From Phoronis australis (lineage: Eukaryota; Animalia; Phoronida), in assembly GCA_002633005.1 (NCBI GenBank), contig NMRA01000268.1, positions 373,784 through 417,457 of the forward strand: a stretch of DNA of 43,674 bases. Direction: 5' to 3'. The notes below the pieces were generated by a model. It was not told the DNA's origin, made no database searches, and worked only from the letters and a program-made list of their open reading frames with translations. Position numbers and translations under genes: made by a program. This document shows, in pieces, positions 37,351 to 43,674 of the stretch (its first letter is position 1; every line of letters begins with the position of its first letter).

Positions 37351-40185
37351 TGGTCTTAGTAGTAAGCTACTGCCTGTTCTTTCCCAGTCCAGTCATTAGC
37401 TTGCTTTGAGCAATGAACAAATGAGACCAATTGTATAACGGTAAGTCGTCTGAATCAGAAACTGATTTTGAGATGAAAGGTAGGTTTGCAGTCCCTTTAA
37501 TGTCTTGTGAGAACGAAATTCTTTTATAAATGAAACTTGTAATTAAATGTTTTAATATTTTTCTTTGGATTACCATCCAGGGATTAAATGGTGTTACATG
37601 TAATCAAAATCCTAGCAACAAGTCTTGGGATACCAGTTGCCCGAACTTCTAATACACCATGTCAGCAATAATGAGTATGCCACTCAGAACCAATAAAAAT
37701 TCGCCTTCCGTGATAAAAGCTAACTTTCGACTTAGACCAAATTCGAGGTGATGTTTGGGATTGCAAGAACTAGCAGGTCATTATTGCTTGGCACCCGCTT
37801 CCCGTTCAGTAACGGTTGGACCTCGCTGAAAAGCACGACTTTCCGAGATTACGTGAGAGCAGGCGACTTTGGTTAAATTTAGCTAGCTCCTTACGTTACT
37901 GAATGCATGTCAAGTGTTCAAGTTGGCTTGGCACAGCGGGTAAGTTTTCAAGCCGAGCTAAGTTTCAACCAAAATGAATTGCCCAGAAATCGCTTCTCAT
38001 CTGTGCTAGGAAGTTGACGAGATCATTTCTTTTGGCTTAACGTGGTCTAAATCAAGATTGTAGCCACTTAAACTTGAAATTTTCAAATATCTTGGCGATC
38101 TCAGAAACGTCTTGGGCGCAGCAACATGGTAGCAGCACTGTTTTTGTTTCGTGATGACTTCATGAAATAGTTTTTATGGAGACAAGCTTTAGTTCCACAG
38201 AAAGAAACGTTTTCGTACAGAACTTACTAATTGTGCTTGTTTGGTAAGAAAGTCTGATAATAATTATGAAGACATTTTACACTGTAAACTCGGCCATCGA
38301 ATGTAAAAGCTTGTCACAACAGGGCCGTAGGAAGCGGGGGGGGGGGCTGTGCCCCCCCAAAAAATTGCAGGCATCAGGGTTAAGCCATGGCAATCGACAT
38401 AGGCTTGGGGCCGGGGACAGTCGAGAAAAGAAAGACTACAAATACTGATAAGAGCGAAAATTCAAGCGAACATTTGACAGCTCAGTATCAGTGCACGATT
38501 TACCCTTTGAGGTCCCTGGCCAGGACATTGTTGTTGGGGTCTCCGTTTTTGCTGCATACATGTAGGTCGTCTAAACGTGCACTTCATCATTCATTCATGT
38601 ATTGCGAAAAATCGAGAAAATTCTTAAAGTGAACCTTTTGCGGAACATATTAATTCACTGGATTTATATATTCAATAACACAATCTTGCAAACGCAGAAA
38701 TGCAAAATTATATTTTCCAGAGGCCCTTCACTAGCAAAGGATAACAAAGAAATTATTTTTTCGTGTTTTCCTATCTCTAAATTGTGTATCACTTGAGAAA
38801 ATTAATGGCCTTGCAGATATAGACTTTCGATCAGTACTGTAACGTCAATTACTGCGCATTTCCTGACTTTCTGAAATGTTGATCTTTTTATATTTAGGGG
38901 CCCAGCTCTTGAAGAGGACCATTGGTGACATTCAAGTGGCGACCCTTTTCGCGTTTTGATTGTCAAATTCTTAAGGGGCTGCTCACGAAGAGAGGGTCTA
39001 ATGTTGAAATCGATTATCTCTATTTTCCTGTTTTTTGTGAAATCGTACAACTGACTTTCATGCTGAGGAAAGTCACTTCTTGCAAGGTCACTCGATAATG
39101 GAATAAACAGTCACTCTTTTCCAAGCTTAATGATGTGCAGCCTTTCATCTGAGGTGTCCCATTTCAGACGGGACCCCTCTCAGTGGGGCGGTTCCGGTAT
39201 GCCTCTATACATGTAAATCCGACACAGCCAAATATTCGCGAGGGAAAGTTGAGATTCCAAATTCATCAAAAACAACAAAACAACCGTGCAAAGCAAAGTA
39301 TCAAAACATTCGGCCCAAACAACGAAAAATGTGAAAAATACAATAGGATTGACCACCAACAAAAAGTTGGAATGTTGAAGAACGTGAAGATCGCTATTTG
39401 TGAAGTACACAAAAGGCTATTTACGATGGTTAGTTATAAATAATGTTATATTTTCCCAATAGTATCACAAGAATAGTATTTCTTTTTAAGGTCTGTAGAA
39501 AGTTTAATAAGTAGTTGTGTTTAAGTGGTTCTAGAGATTTTACACAACCATGAACGTTCAACGAATGGTTTTACAAATGAACTGTCTCTGGTGATGGTTC
39601 CTTGTGGACCTTCTACAGTCACTGTATGTCCTTCCTTCTCCTTAAGAACTTAAGGTTCTGCTTCAAATTTGGGATCTAATTTCCCAGACGAATTAGTGTT
39701 CTTGAGTTACACACTTGTCCCAAGAGTTAAATCGTTTTTCGTTGCACGTCTCTTTTCATCGCTGTACGATTTCTCTTCAAGTTTCTTACACCAGTCTCGA
39801 TCGCGAACATTCTCGAGAGTCACATGGGAATCCGGTCGTAGTTCAGGCAATCTTGTCCGAATTTCCCGCCCAAACATAAGACATGCCGGGGAAGCACCCG
39901 TGGTCGAATGCGGTGTTGATCGATACGCTAACAAGAAACCCTGTAGTTCGTTTCTCCAATCTTTGCCTTCGAGCGCCGCAATCTTGATAGATTTCAGCTA
40001 AGTACGATTTTGTCGTTCTACCTCACCATTGGCTTAAGGCCATAATGGAGGTGAGATTCGATGTTCAATTCCCCGTTCACTAAGATAAGCCTCGAATAAT
40101 TGGCTTACAAACTGAGTTCCGTTATCCGATTTAACCGAGAAAGGGTAACCGTATCGCGAAAAGATAGGCTCCATAACGCTAAATC

Positions 40186-40459
40186 GTCGTGAGAGACCTC
40201 CGAGAGTTGGTATATGTTGCAACTCCGGATGGTCTGGGGTCAACAGAAAAATACAATTCAACTGTGAGTCCACGCCAAGTGATAAACGAGAGTAGTTCTA
40301 CTTGCTTCGTCAGCTGCAGGTATGCTTATATCTTTTATGACACACAATGTGTGATTGGGCAAAGCATTTTCAAAATAATGTGGATAAATCAGTGGAGTGT
40401 GAGACCCCTAAAGTCCCTGTCAAGTCCTCACGACAATTCTACGTTATGTCCAATGCCAT
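40186..40459. mobile_element. About 270-bp insertion interrupting the Gypsy integrase core
   Basis: The integrase reads ...HSTTTERMI [insert] SVMEPIFSRYG.... The insert carries inverted motifs GTCGTGAG / CTCACGACA near its ends and a possible AATC target duplication. Confidence 0.55.
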
Positions 40460-41211
40460 AATCATTCTTTCCGTCGTGGTCGAATGGAGCACAACAGTTT
40501 CAAAGTATCTACTAAAATAATCTACAACAACAAGAATACTTTCGCCTCTGGGCAATGGGTTCAATAAGTCAATGGCCAAGTCTTACCAAGGCCCAGTCGG
40601 TGGTTCCGTTCGTTGCATTGGCTCAAGTGGTATGGCAAACTCCCCTGCCTCGATTTGACATCCATGACATGACATGCATATTCGTTCCACTTCAGATTCC
40701 ATCTTAGGCCACCAAACTTTCGTTCGTAGACTGTTTTTAGGTTTTACAATGCCTTGATGGCCTTCATGAGCAATTTCAATGATTTTTGCACGCATTGATT
40801 TCGGCACGACAATTCGATTTCCACACAATTCATTTTTAACTGCAATGAACGATGCTGTCTTACAACCAGTCCAATCACCAGACATGATGTGCGAACGTAA
40901 AGCAATCAAATCAGGATCCTTTGCCGATTCTTTTTCCAGTTCGCGCGTAGTCAGTGTCGCGCTGGAGTCGCGGATCGACCTCCGGCCAGCACGTGATCAA
41001 CCTCTGATTTGCCACCATCCGGGCAATTCGAACGATTCAAACGAGACAAGGCATCCGCAACATTGGTTTTTCCAGGACGATAGACTACCTTAAAGTCAAA
41101 GCCTTGTAACCTGAGCACCCAACGTTCAACTCGTGCTGATGGCTTCGACGCTCGATTACCAAAAATACATTCTATAGGTTTATGATCCGGCCGTTTCCAA
41201 TTCAAACTCGC

Positions 41212-41625
41212 TGTCGCAGAATGTGTTATTGTGTTTTTGGTTCATTACTTGTTTAGTTTAATCACCGTATTACATCACTTACTGTTGTTGTTTACTACCA
41301 CTTTCTCCGCATGCAGAGCATGAGTAATACTTCCTTTCCCAGAACTGTTTATCATCAGCATAGTGCATCCTTTATTTGTTCATTAATTTCATTGGTTAAT
41401 TCGTGTTTCTCAGGTCTCTATATATATCACTTTCACCATACTTTAAGTAGTATCAGTAGCTTCAGTAGTATGAGTTGATTAGTAGTTTGTTCTCCGCATT
41501 GAGAGTTGTTCTCATCATTCGTTGACAGTCTTCAATATACTAGTCAAGATTCATCTCTTGTGTTTCTTGCCTATACGAACCACCTCGTACACAGCCAAAC
41601 CGCATTTTCCAGTGTACTCCCCACA
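41212..41625. mobile_element. Solo LTR (414 bp) nested in the Gypsy RNaseH region
   Basis: Starts TG and ends CA, flanked by an exact 5-bp TSD CTCGC (41207-41211 and 41626-41630). Removing it restores YAHGSEFELET. On the minus strand a TATATA precedes AATAAA. Confidence 0.85.
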
Positions 41626-43249
41626 CTCGCTACCATGGGCATAGAGTTGAAAACGTTCACACGCCCAAACTAATTAACGCAAGAGCCTCCTTCTCGGTCT
41701 GCGACTAACGGACTTCCACCTCAGTGAGGCTCCTCGAGGCATAGGAAACAACTCTCCACAGGCCGTTGTGTAACTGTCAATACAGCGCCCGAACCCACCG
41801 GCGACGCATCGGAAACGATTCTAGTTTTACGATCACCACTGTAGAATACCAGTGTCTCTGCGCGCGTAATATGCGACTTCAACCGTTCACTCAAATGACT
41901 TCTGTTGCTCGGATGTCCATTCAAAACGAATGTTCTTCCGTATCAGACGCATGGTAGGTTCACAAACTGAGGATACATCGGGGTTGAATTTCGAAACATA
42001 CTGTACTAGTCCTAAGAACGAACGAGCTTCACTTGCAGTCTTAGGAGGTTCAGCGTCTCGGATGGCTGCAACCTTCTCTTCCGACGGCACAACTCCCTCA
42101 CTTGTAATCGTGTGACCAAATAACGTTAAACGGGACATACGAAATTCACACTTCTTTGGGTTCACTACTTCGCTCAACCGCTTCAAAACTAAGTTCGAGA
42201 TTCCGGTTGTGTCACTGAACGTCCTTCCCGTGTACGATCAAATCGTCTGCAATATTTGCGACACCCTCCATGATGTCCTTGAAAATGTCCGCAATAATGT
42301 GTTGGCATTTTTCCGGAGTACTAGCTACGCCGAACATGAGTAGTTTGTATCGGTACAAACCCTTGTGCGTCGTCATGTTGCGATATATTGACTGCGTTCA
42401 TCGAGGAACAATCTCGGGGTGAAAACCAGCTTTCAAATCCAGCTTACTAAATACGGTACTCCCGTTTAAATCATATAAAAGTTAATTCTTCCACGGTCGG
42501 TATGGGTTGACACTCACGAATGATCGCGGCATTTGCCCTACGCATGTCTACACAAATACGTAGGCCTACGTCTCCATCGGATTTCGGCTCGACGATCAAG
42601 TGGTAAAATCCACGGGGTAGGGCCGTCCGGAACTTTCTCGATGATATCTCGTAACAGCTCATCGAGTTTCCCATCGACTTCCTCTCGTAGGTTGTAAGGC
42701 ACCCGGTGAACAGGCTATGCCACCGGTTTCACAGATTCATCAATGTTTAGGGTGATAGAATAGTCCTTCAGACATCCAATTCCCGAAAATACTGACGCAT
42801 ACCGATCAGTCAAATCGACCGAATTGATTTCGGGTCCAACTCGAAGGTCTCCCAGAACCTCACTCGAACGCCTGCTCGGTAATGACCGTCCGTTTCATCG
42901 ACAACGACAAACGACGCGCCACATTCCTTCGAGTTTTCAGAACAAACAACAACACAGTCAAAAGTTCCCAACACCGGTAGTGGGGTACTACATCCGTCCG
43001 TCGTACGCACATAAAGGCTTATCATATCCTTTACGCGAGATACATTTAATCTGAGAAGATTTGAGCTTAGCCCACGTTTGAGAACATTTTCATCAGCTCC
43101 TGGGTCAATCAAAATATTTTCTAACAATACACCACCTATATTCAAAGACATTCCGACGGTCTGTTGATACATTGTTCAAGTTATTAACTACGAAAGCATA
43201 ACTGTTGTCGACTCTATTTGTTTGCTTTCACGCGTGCACGTTGTTGCGT

Positions 43250-43674
43250 GGTTTATTTATTTATTATTGTGATATTTAAAATGAGGGTGGCCTCTTCAGT
43301 GACAGCACTGCTTTCCAAGAGGGCCCTCAACAAGAAAAACAGTAATATAATACAATGAAGTAATAAAACAACAATGAAATATACGTAACAAAGATACAAT
43401 TAAAACAGTTAAGGTTGAGAATTAAGACAATAACTAAATGACAAATAATGGTAAAAAATTAACTACGACAGATGAAATAAATTAAGAGATGACTCTAGAC
43501 AATGAGAGTATTTACGACAATGAAAAAATGACATGATTAACACAGGCAGGGTATAAAATGTTAAGTAAATTACAGCCACTTTTTAACATTAACTTTAAAG
43601 GTAGTAATTGAATTGGACCGTTTAATTTCTGGGCTAAAAGAATTCCATATTATAGCAGCTGCATAGATAAAAGA
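43250..43674 (-). mobile_element. 3' end of a CR1/L2-group LINE
   Basis: Minus-strand SFIYAAAIIWNSFSPEIKRSNSITTFKVNVKKWL* (stop 43570-43572) is typical of the ORF2 C-terminus. It is followed by a 3' UTR, a GGGCCCTC...GCCACCC terminal motif and an (AATA)n tail at about 43251-43266. Confidence 0.75.

Larger units (their letters stand above)
39540..43230 (-). mobile_element. Decayed Ty3/Gypsy LTR retrotransposon pol (PR-RT-RNaseH-IN), with frameshifts and stops
   Basis: Protease-like LIDPGADENV (about 43100); RT LRICVDMRRAN and ANIADDL (about 42250); SFLGLVQYVSKF; RNaseH IVSDASPVGSGAVL and DHKP...SARVERWVLRLQ; integrase HEGHQG...CMSCHGC, SDNGTQF and YRSTPHSTTGASPA. The domain order is Gypsy-type. 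The element's own LTRs were not identified. Confidence 0.92.

Overview
This is AT-rich, intron-containing animal genomic DNA (probably an invertebrate; the taxon cannot be determined from the window), so the ORF track shows mostly exon fragments and noise. It holds three protein-coding genes that I spliced by hand: the 3' part of BRD8 (+), a complete 23-exon EIF3A (-, about 1154 aa) converging on it, and DENND10/FAM45A (+, 7 exons, about 349 aa) head-to-head with EIF3A across a 311-bp promoter. The EIF3A introns host a snoRNA array on the sense (-) strand: four U15/SNORD15-type C/D guides (three long, one compact 74-nt form), two SNORA13-type H/ACA RNAs with different 3' hairpins, one SNORA17-type H/ACA RNA and one orphan C/D candidate. 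The apparent tandem duplication of EIF3A exon 2 next to a single N looks like a haplotype assembly artefact. Introns also contain several MITE families (one hAT-like with 6-bp TSDs) and a tRNA-derived SINE. The right end is a decayed Ty3/Gypsy element carrying nested insertions, next to the 3' end of a CR1/L2-type LINE. Family assignments rest on my recall of reference sequences, not on database searches. I found no convincing wholly new system; the snoRNA array is the best lead.
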